Below, in pieces: positions 1 through 9,958 of a stretch of DNA of 64,000 bases. The stretch lies in the NCBI GenBank assembly GCA_963699155.1, contig OY969414.1:1227757-1291756 (forward strand), written 5' to 3'. Position 1 is the stretch's first letter. Each line of letters opens with the position of its first letter. The stretch comes from an uncultured Chlamydiales bacterium. GTDB lineage: Bacteria > Chlamydiota > Chlamydiia > Chlamydiales > JAAKFR01. The translations under genes and the position numbers were made by a program. The notes beneath the pieces are model-generated. The model did no database searches, had not been told where the DNA came from, and worked only from the letters and a program-made list of their open reading frames with translations.

Positions 1-127
1 TCAATCCCGGTATCGGCCTTCCTTCGCCCCCACAACGCCAGAATAATACCAATTTTTGGATGCAGGGTCTGACCGCCGGTATTTACGTTTGTTACTAACC
101 CCCTCTTTCCTATAGAATCTTCTCCTC

Positions 128-1348
128 ATGGAAAAGAAAGGATCTGTTTTATCAGCGACGCTTCTCGTTGCGGGGACATGCATTGGGGGAGGAATGTTAG
201 CCCTACCTGTCGCCACTGGGGCTTCCGGTTTCTTTCCCTCCTTCCTTCTGATTCTTGTCGGCTGGGCTTTCATGACTACCACGGCACTTTTTCTTGCAGA
301 GGTCAATCTCTGGATGGAACCAGGCGTTCACGTCATTGGAATGGCTTCGCGCTTTTTAGGACCACTCGGAAAGGCAGCCGCATGGATTCTCTACCTCTTT
401 ATCGGATATGCCTCCCTAGTTGCCTATACGGCCGGTGGTGGAGAGCTCTTTGCAGCGGGTATAAAAAAGGTTTTAGGCATCGATCTCTCCCATACTACTG
501 CACTCGTTCTCTTTGTGGTCATTTTTGGGACCATCATCTATTTGGGCAATACCATCGTCGGACGTGTCAACACCGTTTTAATGTTTGGATTGATCATTTC
601 CTATATTTTATTGATTGGCATCGGATTGCCCTATGTGCAGTGGAGACATCTCCTTAGAGGCTCCTTTGGCAATAGTTTGATCGCCATTCCGCTCCTGTTG
701 ACCATCTTTAGCTTCCAGACCATTGTCCCCAGCTTGACGATCTACTTGAAGCAGGATGCAAGAGCGCTGCGCCGCTCGATCATCTATGGAACGACATTTG
801 CCTTAGTGATCTATATCTTGTGGCAATTGCTCGTTCTCGGAACTGTACTCTATGAGGGTGATCAAGGTTTAGCAGCCGCTCTCGCACAAGGTAAACCGGC
901 AACTGAGTTTCTTGGGTCGGCGGTTGCAAACCCGTGGCTAGGGATGATTGCCGACTTTTTTGCTTTCTTTGCACTCGTCACCTCCTTTTTAGGCATCGCC
1001 CTCGGTTTGTTCGATTTCCTAGCCGATGGCTTAAAAATTAAACGGACCCATTTGGGAAATATAGCGCTCGGCTTTTTGGTCGCGCTGCCCACACTCTTTT
1101 TCGCACTGACGTTGGAGAGATGTTTCTTCATTGCGCTCGATAGCTCCGGAGGCATCGGTGATGCTCTTCTCAATGGACTCTTTCCCGGGCTCATGCTCTG
1201 GATAGGAAGGTACCGGGATCAATTGCCCTCCGAGTATAAAACTCCGGGAGGGAAGCCTCTCGTCATTGCCATTATCATCTATGCCCTCTTTGTCTTTACT
1301 GTTGAGATGTTAGGAAAGTTTGGCTTCATCGTCTCATTAGGTGGATAA
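128..1348 (+). CDS. tyrP: Aromatic amino acid (Tyr/Trp) permease, HAAAP family
   Basis: 406 aa polytopic membrane protein; N-terminal LLVAGTCIGGGMLALP motif and ALVTSFLG motif typical of TyrP/Mtr. Confidence 0.85.
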   Translation: MEKKGSVLSATLLVAGTCIGGGMLALPVATGASGFFPSFLLILVGWAFMTTTALFLAEVNLWMEPGVHVIGMASRFLGPLGKAAAWILYLFIGYASLVAYTAGGGELFAAGIKKVLGIDLSHTTALVLFVVIFGTIIYLGNTIVGRVNTVLMFGLIISYILLIGIGLPYVQWRHLLRGSFGNSLIAIPLLLTIFSFQTIVPSLTIYLKQDARALRRSIIYGTTFALVIYILWQLLVLGTVLYEGDQGLAAALAQGKPATEFLGSAVANPWLGMIADFFAFFALVTSFLGIALGLFDFLADGLKIKRTHLGNIALGFLVALPTLFFALTLERCFFIALDSSGGIGDALLNGLFPGLMLWIGRYRDQLPSEYKTPGGKPLVIAIIIYALFVFTVEMLGKFGFIVSLGG

Positions 1349-1497
1349 ATGAAACCGGAATTGGTCGAAGCCTTGAAAACCCTTCTCTAAAAAGGGAAGC
1401 CAACTCCCCACCCTCCTCAATAAAATCAATCTCTCCTCAAGGGATAATAAAAAAAGTGACAACGAAATAATTTTCTCAAAATAAGGAGAATGAATAG

Positions 1498-1768
1498 ACA
1501 TGTCGGGTGGGTTGCGTCACTTCGTGTCAGCAACCCCCCAGCGACCTAATACCGTCAAGTTAAGGAAATCCGCAGTTATTATAAGGGGAGGGCCCCTCGC
1601 GCTTTGCGCTCGCCCCCCTCCCCTTTTAACCCCTCCCCCACCCATTTTTGGGAGAGATCTGTCGACTCCGCGAGGATATTTGCCAAGACACAACATGGAT
1701 CCTAAATGGCTTCTCATTTATCTGTCGGGCGGTTGCTGACACGAAGTGACGCAACCCACCCGACATGT
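1498..1768. mobile_element. MITE/REPIN-like unit bounded by a perfect 38-bp inverted repeat
   Basis: ACATGTCGGGTGGGTTGCGTCACTTCGTGTCAGCAACC at 1498-1535, reverse complement at 1731-1768; no transposase ORF. Confidence 0.6.
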
Positions 1769-3430
1769 ATATAAGCTGCTTTTTAAGATCGATTGTACTG
1801 TCTTGGTTGCTTAGACTCCATTCTGGAAAATCTCTCCCAAACATGGGCGGGAGAGGGGTTTAAGGGGAGGGGGGCGAGCGAACGTAGTGATGCGAGGGGC
1901 CCTCCCCTTATAATAACTGCAGACTTCCTTAACTTGACGGCATTACCCAGCGACCCCCCTTGAGCCGCAGATTGCAAAGCCATATCGCCTCCTCGCTGGG
2001 AGGGTGTGCACAGCACTACCCTCCACGCTTCGCTCAGCTCCGGAAGCGATCTGGCTTTGCAATCTGCGGCCGCGGGCGCCTACGGCGCGGTCCCGCACTG
2101 CCTGGTGCTGGTTAAACCCTGAGGCAGTGAAAGTATCTCAGGTTATATCTTGCGGGAGTAATGCCTCGCCACTCCTGCCTGCGAACGGGGCACTCGCGCA
2201 CTCATTCCCCAGCGTGACTTCGTCTCTATGCTGGGGCCCCTTTCGTGTCAGCTCGTAGACATACCTGGAGGAGGGCCCTTCGCTTCGCTCACCCCGCTCC
2301 CCCAGACCCCTTCCCCCACCCATTGTTCAGGGGGAGAGAGGCTAACGCCGCCTCTCTCCCCCTATACCCCCTCTCTCAGCGGCAAAGGGGCATGCCCCTT
2401 TGCATACCTATAGCCCAACGTACGTGCTTCTAGCTCTTATTATCCAAGAGCTGTGTCCTTCCTAGATACTGCTGAGGGGTTCCAGTAAATGAGACGAAGT
2501 CTCTCAGGGGTATTCGTGCAAACACAAAATCGGGTGGGGGCGCCAAAGCTTCGCAATGGCACGGACCAGTGGAACGTCCCAAGATATGCATACGAGCGAG
2601 ATATGAGAGGTGCCAATCATAAAGTAAGTATGGCTATGTCTTGGGTAAATCACTTCCACTTCGACAAATCTCTCCCAAAAATGGGTGGGGGAGGGCGGCG
2701 CCCCGTTCGCAGGCAAGAGTTGCGAGGCATCACTTTCGCAAGATGTAACTAGAAATAATTTCGCAAAAAGAGCTTCAAGGATGGGTGGGGGTGGGGGCCA
2801 GGGGGAGGGGGGTGAGCGAGTGAAACGAGCGAAGGGCCCTCCCCCAGGTATGTCTACGAGCTGACACGAAAGGGGCCCCAGCATAGAGACGAAGTCACGC
2901 TGGGGAATGAGTGCGCGAGTGCCCCGTTCGCAGGCAGGAGTGGCGAGGCATTACTCCCGCAAGATATAACCTGAGATACTTTCACTGCCTCAGGGTTTAA
3001 CCAGCACCAGGCAGTGCGGGACCGCGCCGTAGGCGCCCGCGGCCGCATCTTGCTTTGCAGATCGCTTTCGCAGCTGAGTGAAACGTGGGGTCTAGTGCTT
3101 TGCACAGACCCCCAGCGAGAAAGCGATATGGCAAAGCAAGATGCGGCTCAACGGGGACAAGGTACCTCAAAAAGCCTCCAGTGGAGGGTTTTTGATGGGT
3201 TGTCCGAGAGTTCACAAGTTTACTTGTGAACCGAGGGGAAGCAGGGGGTTGCTGACACGAAGTGACGCAACCGCCCGACAGATAAATGAGAAGCCCTTTA
3301 AGATCGATTGTGATGTCTTTGTCGTTTAGACTCCATGCAGAAAAGCTTCTTCAAAAATGGGTGGGAGAGGGGTTTAAGGGGAGGGGGGCGAGCGATGCGT
3401 TAGCGAGCGAGGGGCCCTCCCCTTATAATA
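1498..3430. repeat. Non-coding mosaic of nested inverted and direct repeats
   Basis: ~1552-1660 inverted vs ~1830-1940; perfect ~204-bp IR 2065-2268 vs 2844-3047 (identical spurious ORF translations on opposite strands); ~3247-3430 repeats ~1731-1915 imperfectly; partial extra copy at ~2701-2750. Confidence 0.85.
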
Positions 3431-3441
3431 GTCGACTCGGT

Positions 3442-3858
3442 TTAGAGGTGCACCAGATGACGGAGCGCCTCCTGCTTCATCTTGAGGTAGAGGCTGGCAA
3501 GTCCGTTGGCCCTTCCGGGTGTCAATGCACTGGGGATGCCGATCTCTTCGAGAAAAGTGGGAGGGGAGAGAAGGATCGTTTCGGCAGGCTCTCCGCTATA
3601 GACTTCGATGAGAAGGGCAGCCAAGCCAGCCGAGATGAGGGCGTCAGAGGCAGCATAGAAATAGACCTTCTGGTTTTCATAGCGGCTATAGAGATACATC
3701 AGGCTCTGGCAGCCCGAGACCCGGTTTTCTTCGGTTTTCCAAGCAGGATCAAAGGAGGGGAGCTTCTTTCCCCCTTCCATAATTTCGCTATAGAGAGTTT
3801 CTTTAGTGACTAGGCTGTCGAAGCGTTGAATAAGAGCAGTGGCTTTAGTGAGGCTCAT
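3442..3858 (-). CDS. sufE: SufE family Fe-S cluster sulfur-transfer protein
   Basis: ENRVSGCQS motif, ASDALISAGL, LTPGRANG. Confidence 0.9.
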   Translation of the reverse strand: MSLTKATALIQRFDSLVTKETLYSEIMEGGKKLPSFDPAWKTEENRVSGCQSLMYLYSRYENQKVYFYAASDALISAGLAALLIEVYSGEPAETILLSPPTFLEEIGIPSALTPGRANGLASLYLKMKQEALRHLVHL

Positions 3859-4604
3859 AATTCTGGATGGCCTGGAGAGCTGGGGGAGAGGTTATTCGCT
3901 AAAGACTCTAGCTGTGCTAGCTTTGTTTTCATCTCTTCGATGCCCCTTTGCAGAACGTCACGCTGGTTTTCTTCTTTTTCCGGATCATGGCCCAGGTTTT
4001 GCCCTGAGCCGATTTTTACGGCCACTTGGAGAGCGATAAAGAGTCCAAAGACGGCCCCCATGACATAGGGGAAGACCACGGAAGCTGCCAACAGAACCGT
4101 CACAGCGACGGCAAGAACAATCTGTTTTGTTCCATTTTGATCGAGACCCTCGATTCCCTGATTGAGGATATTCCACAGCGTATATTTTCCTTCGGGATCA
4201 AAACTATTTACCGATAAAAGACCGGCAATGAGTCCAAAGGCAGCACCAAAACCCAGTCCAATTGTGAGTGGGAGGGCGACCGCCTTAAATCCATAGAGCA
4301 GCCCTGTGCAACTGATGATGACTCCCCATGTTAGGAGATAGCCGACCAATTGGCGCCAGTTATTTTTGACAAAGGTGGCTGTCTTTCCAAAGGCAGAACC
4401 TAAAGTGGCGACCACAGGAGTGATTCCCCAGGCGATGACCCCCAATGCTGTATCGAGAACCTGATCTGCCTGGCCGAGAGCGCTAGGAATTTTTTTAATT
4501 TCGGCGGTAAAGTCCTTGCGAAAGCTCTCCCAACAATGGTTGATCGATCCAGGAATGCAACAGCTCATGGCGTATAGAATAGGGCGCAAGGGTTTATCTT
4601 GCAA
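3855..4604 (-). CDS. Multi-pass membrane hypothetical protein (syntenic with the chlamydial gene between sufE and infA)
   Basis: 249 aa with several hydrophobic segments and a C-terminal coiled-coil-like tail; start codon uncertain. Confidence 0.6.
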   Translation of the reverse strand: MQDKPLRPILYAMSCCIPGSINHCWESFRKDFTAEIKKIPSALGQADQVLDTALGVIAWGITPVVATLGSAFGKTATFVKNNWRQLVGYLLTWGVIISCTGLLYGFKAVALPLTIGLGFGAAFGLIAGLLSVNSFDPEGKYTLWNILNQGIEGLDQNGTKQIVLAVAVTVLLAASVVFPYVMGAVFGLFIALQVAVKIGSGQNLGHDPEKEENQRDVLQRGIEEMKTKLAQLESLANNLSPSSPGHPEL

Positions 4605-4658
4605 TTAAAAAAGCATTGAAGTTTAATACCCTGTCATTGTAATTGATCTAGTGAATCT

Positions 4659-4877
4659 ATGCCGAAAGAAGATACCATAAAAGTGGAAGGGACCGTTGAA
4701 GAGCTGCTGCCCAACATGCATTTTCGGGTGGTTTTGGAAAATGGGATGACAGTGGTCGCTCACTTATGTGGCAAGATGAGAATGCGCAATATTCGAGTCC
4801 TGACGGGTGATAAAGTGACCGTGGAAATGTCGCCTTATGACCTTTCAAAAGCGCGGATCATCTATCGTCATCGGTAA
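4659..4877 (+). CDS. infA: Translation initiation factor IF-1
   Basis: 72 aa, [17 protein letters not shown]...[21 protein letters not shown]. Confidence 0.97.
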   Translation: MPKEDTIKVEGTVEELLPNMHFRVVLENGMTVVAHLCGKMRMRNIRVLTGDKVTVEMSPYDLSKARIIYRHR

Positions 4878-5007
4878 GCTTTCCCGCGCGCCCAATTTGG
4901 GAGAAATTTTGCTAACATTGTACCAGTTCTGCATTGCTGTTGATTTTTTTTAGATTTATTCCGTAAACTGTGCAGCTTATTCTAGAGGTACATTGTATGT
5001 GCTTTGT

Positions 5008-5079
5008 GCCCAGATAGCTCAGTGGTAGAGCACTTGCATGGTAAGCAAGAGGTCGTAGGTTCAATTCCTATTCTGGGCA
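5008..5079 (+). tRNA. tRNA-Thr(GGT)
   Basis: GCCCAGA acceptor pairs with TCTGGGC; anticodon arm CTTGC-ATGGTAA-GCAAG; T-loop GTTCAATT; CCA not encoded. Confidence 0.95.
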
Positions 5080-5129
5080 GTAGAAGTTAGAAATAAATAA
5101 AACTTAAAGCTTAACGGAGGATAGTCAAA

Positions 5130-6319
5130 ATGGCTAAAGAAACATTTCAAAGGAACAAGCCACACGTCAATATCGGAACAATCGGTCACGTCGACCATGG
5201 TAAAACTACGCTGACTGCTGCGATCACAAAAGTTCTGGCTGAGAAAGGGCAGAGCGAAATTTCGCGATTATGCTTCGATCGACAATACCCCCGAAGAAAA
5301 AGCGCGAGGGATTACGATTAACTCGACTCACGTCGAGTATGAAACAGAAATTCGCCACTATGCGCACGTCGACTGCCCAGGCCACGCTGACTATGTCAAG
5401 AACATGATCACCGGTGCTGCTCAGATGGATGGTGCGATTCTCGTCGTCGCAGCAACAGATGGTGCGATGCCTCAAACAAAAGAGCACATTCTCTTCGCTC
5501 GCCAGGTAGGCGTTCCTTCGATCGTCGTCTTCCTGAACAAAGTCGACATGATCGGTGAAGGCGATCAGGAGCTGATCGACCTCGTCGAAATGGAACTGAC
5601 ACGAACTTCTGGAAGCTAAAGGCTACAAAGATTGCCCCATTATTCGAGGATCCGGCCTCACGCGCTCTTGAAGGGGATCCGAAATATGTCGCAAGCCATC
5701 GTCGAGCTGATGAAAACTGTCGACGAACATATCCCCACACCCAAGCGTGAAGTCGACAAGCCCTTCCTGATGCCTGTCGAAGACGTCTTCTCTATTTCTG
5801 GCCGCGGAACTGTGGCTACCGGACGTGTCGAGCGTGGAGTTGTCAAAATCAACGATAAACTCCAGATCGTCGGCCTCCGTGAAACACGCGATAGCGTAGC
5901 TACAGGCCTCGAAATGTTCAACAAAACGTTGGACGAAGCGCGTGCAGGGGAAAACGTCGGGATCCTCCTCCGTGGTGTGGAGAAAGATGATATCGAGCGC
6001 GGTATGGTTCTCTGCGCTCCCGGTACATGTGACCCCGCACAAAAAATTTAAAGGCACAATCTATGTTCTGACCAAAGAAGAGGGAGGCCGCCATAAGCCC
6101 TTCTTCACAGGGTACCGTCCCCAGTTCTACTTCCGTACAACGGACGTGACGGGAACTGTCACTCTACCTGAAGGGACAGAGATGGTGATGCCCGGCGATA
6201 ACGTCGAGATCTCAGCTGAATTGATCGCTCCGATCGCGATGGAAGAGGGAATGCGTTTTGCGATCCGTGAAGGCGGCCGTACTATCGGTGCTGGAACGAT
6301 CTCAAAAATCATTGAGTAA
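5130..6319 (+). CDS. tuf: Elongation factor Tu (split by several apparent indels)
   Basis: [32 protein letters not shown] and C-terminal [14 protein letters not shown] lie in different frames; breaks near 5253, 5600-5690 and 6031. Confidence 0.93.
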
Positions 6320-6375
6320 CGCGCCTGGGATAGAGCAAGGGGTAAAACCCTTGCTCAAAACAACCTGACGAGCGG

Positions 6376-6447
6376 TGACTTCACACGGGGGTCGCTCACG
6401 AGAGATGACTTCCCACGGGGGTCCCTCACGAGAGATGACTTCCCACG
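6376..6447 (+). repeat. 30-bp tandem repeat, ~2.4 copies
   Basis: TGACTTC(A/C)CACGGGGGTC(G/C)CTCACGAGAGA at 6376 and 6406, partial copy at 6436. Confidence 0.85.
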
Positions 6448-6473
6448 AAAGGAGTCTTCTCTTGATCAGGTAT

Positions 6474-6546
6474 GGGTGTGTAGCTCAGCTGGTAGAGCAG
6501 CGGTCTCCAAAGCCGCCGGTCGGGGGTTCGAATCCCTCCGCACTCG
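6474..6546 (+). tRNA. tRNA-Trp(CCA)
   Basis: Cloverleaf; anticodon arm GCGGT-CTCCAAA-GCCGC; GTTCGAATC T-loop; canonical position before secE. Confidence 0.95.
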
Positions 6547-6600
6547 ATGATTCATTTAAAGAGCCAGTTTTGCAATTGGCTATAACGAGAGAAATCAAAG

Positions 6601-6873
6601 ATGGTTGGTGAACAGGTACAAAAAATGGATGTCAAGAAAGGCCGCTCATCCTCTTCTGCTAAAGCTGAAGGGCAAAAAGTCGTAGCTTTTATCGGCGATG
6701 TCAAGCAGGAGCTCAAAAGAGTCGAATGGACGAGTAAAGAGGAAATAAAAAATTATACCAAAATTGTCCTTTTGAGCACCTTCATTTTCGCTGCATTCAT
6801 CTATGTGGTCGACCTAGTGATCCAAGGATTCCTGGGAGGAATCAACCTTCTTGTTAAGTTAATTACCGGATAG
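6601..6873 (+). CDS. secE: Preprotein translocase subunit SecE
   Basis: ELKRVEWTSKEE motif followed by one TM helix; lies between tRNA-Trp and nusG. Confidence 0.92.
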   Translation: MVGEQVQKMDVKKGRSSSSAKAEGQKVVAFIGDVKQELKRVEWTSKEEIKNYTKIVLLSTFIFAAFIYVVDLVIQGFLGGINLLVKLITG

Positions 6874-6880
6874 TTTTGAC

Positions 6881-7426
6881 ATGAAGAAATGGTACGTCGT
6901 TCAAGTCTATACAGCTCAAGAGAAAAAAGTAAAAAAAGCTCTTGAAGAGTTTCGGGAATCTTCTGGCGTTGCAGATCTCATCGAAGAAATTCTACTGCCC
7001 ACAGAAAATGTCATGGAGGTCAAAAAAGGGGAGCAAAAGATCTCCGAAAAAAGAATTTGGCCAGGCTATGTTCTCATTAAGATGGAGCTGACAGATGACT
7101 CCTGGCAGTATGTCAAACACGCCGCCGGCGTCATCGACTTTTTGGGAGGGGAAAGGCCAACCTCGCTCACAGATGGCGAAGTCAATAGTATTCTCAAAGA
7201 GCTCGAAGATAAAAAATCGGGTGTGACCCAGAAACACAAAATTGAAGCCGGTGATCGCGTCAAAATCAACGATGGCGTCTTCGTTAACTTTATTGGGACC
7301 GTCCAAGAGGTCTTTCAAGACAAGGGCCGTCTGAGTGTGATGGTCTCCATCTTCGGCCGCGACACCCGGGTCGACGACCTAGAATTCTGGCAAGTCGAGG
7401 AAGTCACCCCCGACACCGAACTTTGA
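6881..7426 (+). CDS. nusG: Transcription termination/antitermination factor NusG
   Basis: KWYVVQV, WPGYVLIKM, KOW motif, VSIFGRDT. Confidence 0.96.
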   Translation: MKKWYVVQVYTAQEKKVKKALEEFRESSGVADLIEEILLPTENVMEVKKGEQKISEKRIWPGYVLIKMELTDDSWQYVKHAAGVIDFLGGERPTSLTDGEVNSILKELEDKKSGVTQKHKIEAGDRVKINDGVFVNFIGTVQEVFQDKGRLSVMVSIFGRDTRVDDLEFWQVEEVTPDTEL

Positions 7427-7433
7427 TTTATAA

Positions 7434-7565
7434 TTCAACGCAAAGACACAGAGACGCAAAGTCGCAAAGACACAGAGACGCAAAGTCGCAAAGAAAAGAG
7501 GAAAGCCGGAGTCGTCACCAAAAAATTTGATTCCTTTCTTAGCGTCTTTGCGCCTTTGCGTTGAA
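7434..7565. repeat. CGCAAAG short-repeat element with inverted ends
   Basis: Two tandem 24-bp units CGCAAAGACACAGAGACGCAAAGT; ends TTCAACGCAAAG ... CTTTGCGTTGAA are inverted. Confidence 0.8.
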
Positions 7566-7660
7566 TTTTTAATAAGTTTTTGGTGACGAAAAAAAGCGGG
7601 ATTCATATAATAGCCGGCATTCTGCCTCTATTACGTACGTAATGTTCAAGGAAAATTGTC

Positions 7661-8095
7661 ATGGCTAAGAAAGTCGTCAAATTAATCAAGCTTCAGATTC
7701 CAGCTGGAAAAGCCAACCCTGCGCCGCCCATTGGGCCTGCTCTCGGTGCTGCAGGGGTCAATATTATGGCCTTTTGCAAAGATTTCAATGCGAAGACGCA
7801 AGAGATGAGTGGAGATATTCTCCCCGTTGAAATTACAGTCTATGCAGATAAAAGTATTACCTTCATCACGAAACAGCCCCCTGTGCCGAATATGATTAAA
7901 AAAACCTTGGGACTTGAATCGGGCTCAAAGATTCCTAACCGAGACAAGGTGGGCAGACTGAGCAATGCTCAGGCTGAAGAGATCGCGAAAAAGAAATATC
8001 CCGATATGGGAGTCCGTACACTACGCTCTGCAGTGAGAATGGTGAAAGGGACTGCTCGTAGCATGGGAATCGATGTCGATCCAGAAGAGGAATAA
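7661..8095 (+). CDS. rplK: 50S ribosomal protein L11
   Basis: [27 protein letters not shown]. Confidence 0.97.
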   Translation: MAKKVVKLIKLQIPAGKANPAPPIGPALGAAGVNIMAFCKDFNAKTQEMSGDILPVEITVYADKSITFITKQPPVPNMIKKTLGLESGSKIPNRDKVGRLSNAQAEEIAKKKYPDMGVRTLRSAVRMVKGTARSMGIDVDPEEE

Positions 8096-8098
8096 GGG

Positions 8099-8144
8099 CT
8101 GCTCTTTGGCGCAGGAGCCCAAGCAAGGCAGGCGCTAAGAGCGG
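8099..8144 (+). promoter_or_regulatory. Stem-loop between rplK and rplA, candidate L1 autoregulatory site
   Basis: CTGCTCTTTGGCGC pairs with GCGCTAAGAGCGG around an AGGAG internal loop; position matches L1 operator sites in several phyla (inference). Confidence 0.35.
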
Positions 8145-8178
8145 TAAAATCTCCTTTTGGACGTTAAAAAAGGAAAAT

Positions 8179-8877
8179 ATGGCACAAAAAAGTAAACGCA
8201 TTCGGGAGATTGCTTCCAAGGTGGATACCACAAAGGCTTATTCACTGGATGAAGCGGTCGCTATATTGCAGCAGTGCCCTTCCGTTAAATTTGATCAGAC
8301 GGTCGATATATCGATCAAAATGGGAGTCGATCCCAAAAAGTCTGATCAGCAGGTGCGAGGAACCGTTTCTTTACCGAATGGAACGGGTAAATCGCTATCA
8401 ATTCTCGTCTTTGCTGCCGGTGACAAAATACAGGAAGCGCTCGATGCGGGCGCCGACTTTGCCGGTAGTGACGATCTCTTTGAAAAAGTCAAAGGGGGAT
8501 GGACAGATTTTGATGTTGTCATTGCAACGCCTGATATGATGCGGGAGGTCGGAAAACTAGGAAAGGTATTAGGTCCGCGCGGCCTGATGCCCACGCCAAA
8601 GGCGGGAACTGTCACGACCGATGTCGCATCGGCTGTTAGAGAAATTAAAAAGGGTAAAATCGAATTCAAACTCGATAAACATGGTGTGAGCAACACGGGC
8701 GTGGGAAAGCTCTCTTTTTCCAAGGAAGCCATTGTTGAAAATATCCGTACCCTTCTCACAGCGCTCATGCGTGCTAAACCAGCCTCGGCAAAGGGACAGT
8801 ATATCATGTCGATCGCTCTGTCTTCGACTATGGGACCAGGTCTCAAGATTGACCGGTCTGAAATTCCATCAACGTAA
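8179..8877 (+). CDS. rplA: 50S ribosomal protein L1
   Basis: [43 protein letters not shown]. Confidence 0.97.
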   Translation: MAQKSKRIREIASKVDTTKAYSLDEAVAILQQCPSVKFDQTVDISIKMGVDPKKSDQQVRGTVSLPNGTGKSLSILVFAAGDKIQEALDAGADFAGSDDLFEKVKGGWTDFDVVIATPDMMREVGKLGKVLGPRGLMPTPKAGTVTTDVASAVREIKKGKIEFKLDKHGVSNTGVGKLSFSKEAIVENIRTLLTALMRAKPASAKGQYIMSIALSSTMGPGLKIDRSEIPST

Positions 8878-8885
8878 GGGGTAAC

Positions 8886-9398
8886 ATGAGAGCTGAAAAA
8901 CAACTCCTCCTCGATGAGATTAAAGAAAAGATTGAGGGAGCTACTGGATTTGTCGCCCTGAACTACAAGAACTTTACATCGGCTAGAGCGCGTGCATTCC
9001 GCGATCGGGTAGCAGAGATGGGAGGTGAATTTGAAGTGGTGCGGAAGCGCGTTTTTGTCAAAGCGGCAGAAACGATGGGTCTTTCGTTCAACGTTCAAGC
9101 GTTGACTGGGCATATCGGAGTGATCTTCGCGAAGGATGATGCAACGGCTCTGATTAAGAGCACGCTGAAATTCAGCGAAGAGAATGACGAAGCGATGACT
9201 CTTTTAGCAGGACTTATCGATGGTGTGCTCTGCACAGCAGAAGATGTCGAGGCGATTGCGAAATTGCCAGGTATCAACGAACTGCGCGCACAATTCCTTG
9301 GTCTTCTCGAAGCGCCCATGGCGCAATCGGCCCAAGTGGTCCAAGCTGTTCTTGCCGCTATTCTCTATGCTTTAGAAGAGAAGGGCAAAAAAGGTTAA
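8886..9398 (+). CDS. rplJ: 50S ribosomal protein L10
   Basis: 170 aa between rplA and rpl[21 protein letters not shown]. Confidence 0.93.
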   Translation: MRAEKQLLLDEIKEKIEGATGFVALNYKNFTSARARAFRDRVAEMGGEFEVVRKRVFVKAAETMGLSFNVQALTGHIGVIFAKDDATALIKSTLKFSEENDEAMTLLAGLIDGVLCTAEDVEAIAKLPGINELRAQFLGLLEAPMAQSAQVVQAVLAAILYALEEKGKKG

Positions 9399-9471
9399 TG
9401 TTCTCTATCTTAAGAAGAGAAAGGCAAAAAAGGTTAGATTTAATTTTAATGTTCAAGATGAGGTAACAACC

Positions 9472-9867
9472 GTGACTACACAAAATTTAGATGATATCGT
9501 CGAAACGCTCAGCAATCTCAAGGTCGCTGATCTCGCCAAATTGAAAAAGATGTTGGAAGATAAGTGGGGCGTCACAGCTGCAGCTCCTGTAGCTATGGCC
9601 ATGGCCGCTCCTGCAGCTGGAGCTCCTGCTGCTGCGGCAACTGAGTCAACAGAGTTCAAAGTCACACTCGAATCTGTGCCTGCTGATAAGAAGATCGGCG
9701 TGATTAAAGTGGTGCGCGAGGTGACTGGGCTCGGCTTGAAAGAGGCGAAAGATATCGTCGAAGCCGCTCCCAAAGTTCTTAAAGAAACTGCTCCAAAAGC
9801 AGAAGCAGAAGAAATTGCTAAGAAGCTTGAAGCTGCTGGTGCTAAGGCAACTTTGAAAGGCCTGTAA
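9472..9867 (+). CDS. rplL: 50S ribosomal protein L7/L12
   Basis: Ala-rich hinge, [21 protein letters not shown]. Confidence 0.97.
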   Translation: MTTQNLDDIVETLSNLKVADLAKLKKMLEDKWGVTAAAPVAMAMAAPAAGAPAAAATESTEFKVTLESVPADKKIGVIKVVREVTGLGLKEAKDIVEAAPKVLKETAPKAEAEEIAKKLEAAGAKATLKGL

Positions 9868-9890
9868 GCTGCTGAATCAACCAAAATTTT

Positions 9891-9926
9891 GCACAAGCTA
9901 CCTCACTGAGGATAGCTTGTGCTTTT
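9891..9926 (+). terminator. Intrinsic terminator/attenuator between rplL and rpoB
   Basis: GCACAAGCTA...TAGCTTGTGC hairpin followed by TTTT. Confidence 0.65.
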
Positions 9927-9958
9927 GTCATTATTTTACTTAGTGGGGAGCTTGTCAC

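Noticed and set aside
2325..2430. Group II intron domain V/VI remnant
   Set aside because: The purine-rich hairpin ending CCCCTATACC is only superficially DVI-like; I could not find a domain V helix or any RT ORF.
1500..3329. Many short ORFs in the palindromic region
   Set aside because: Identical translations on opposite strands reflect DNA repeats; no recognisable protein motifs.
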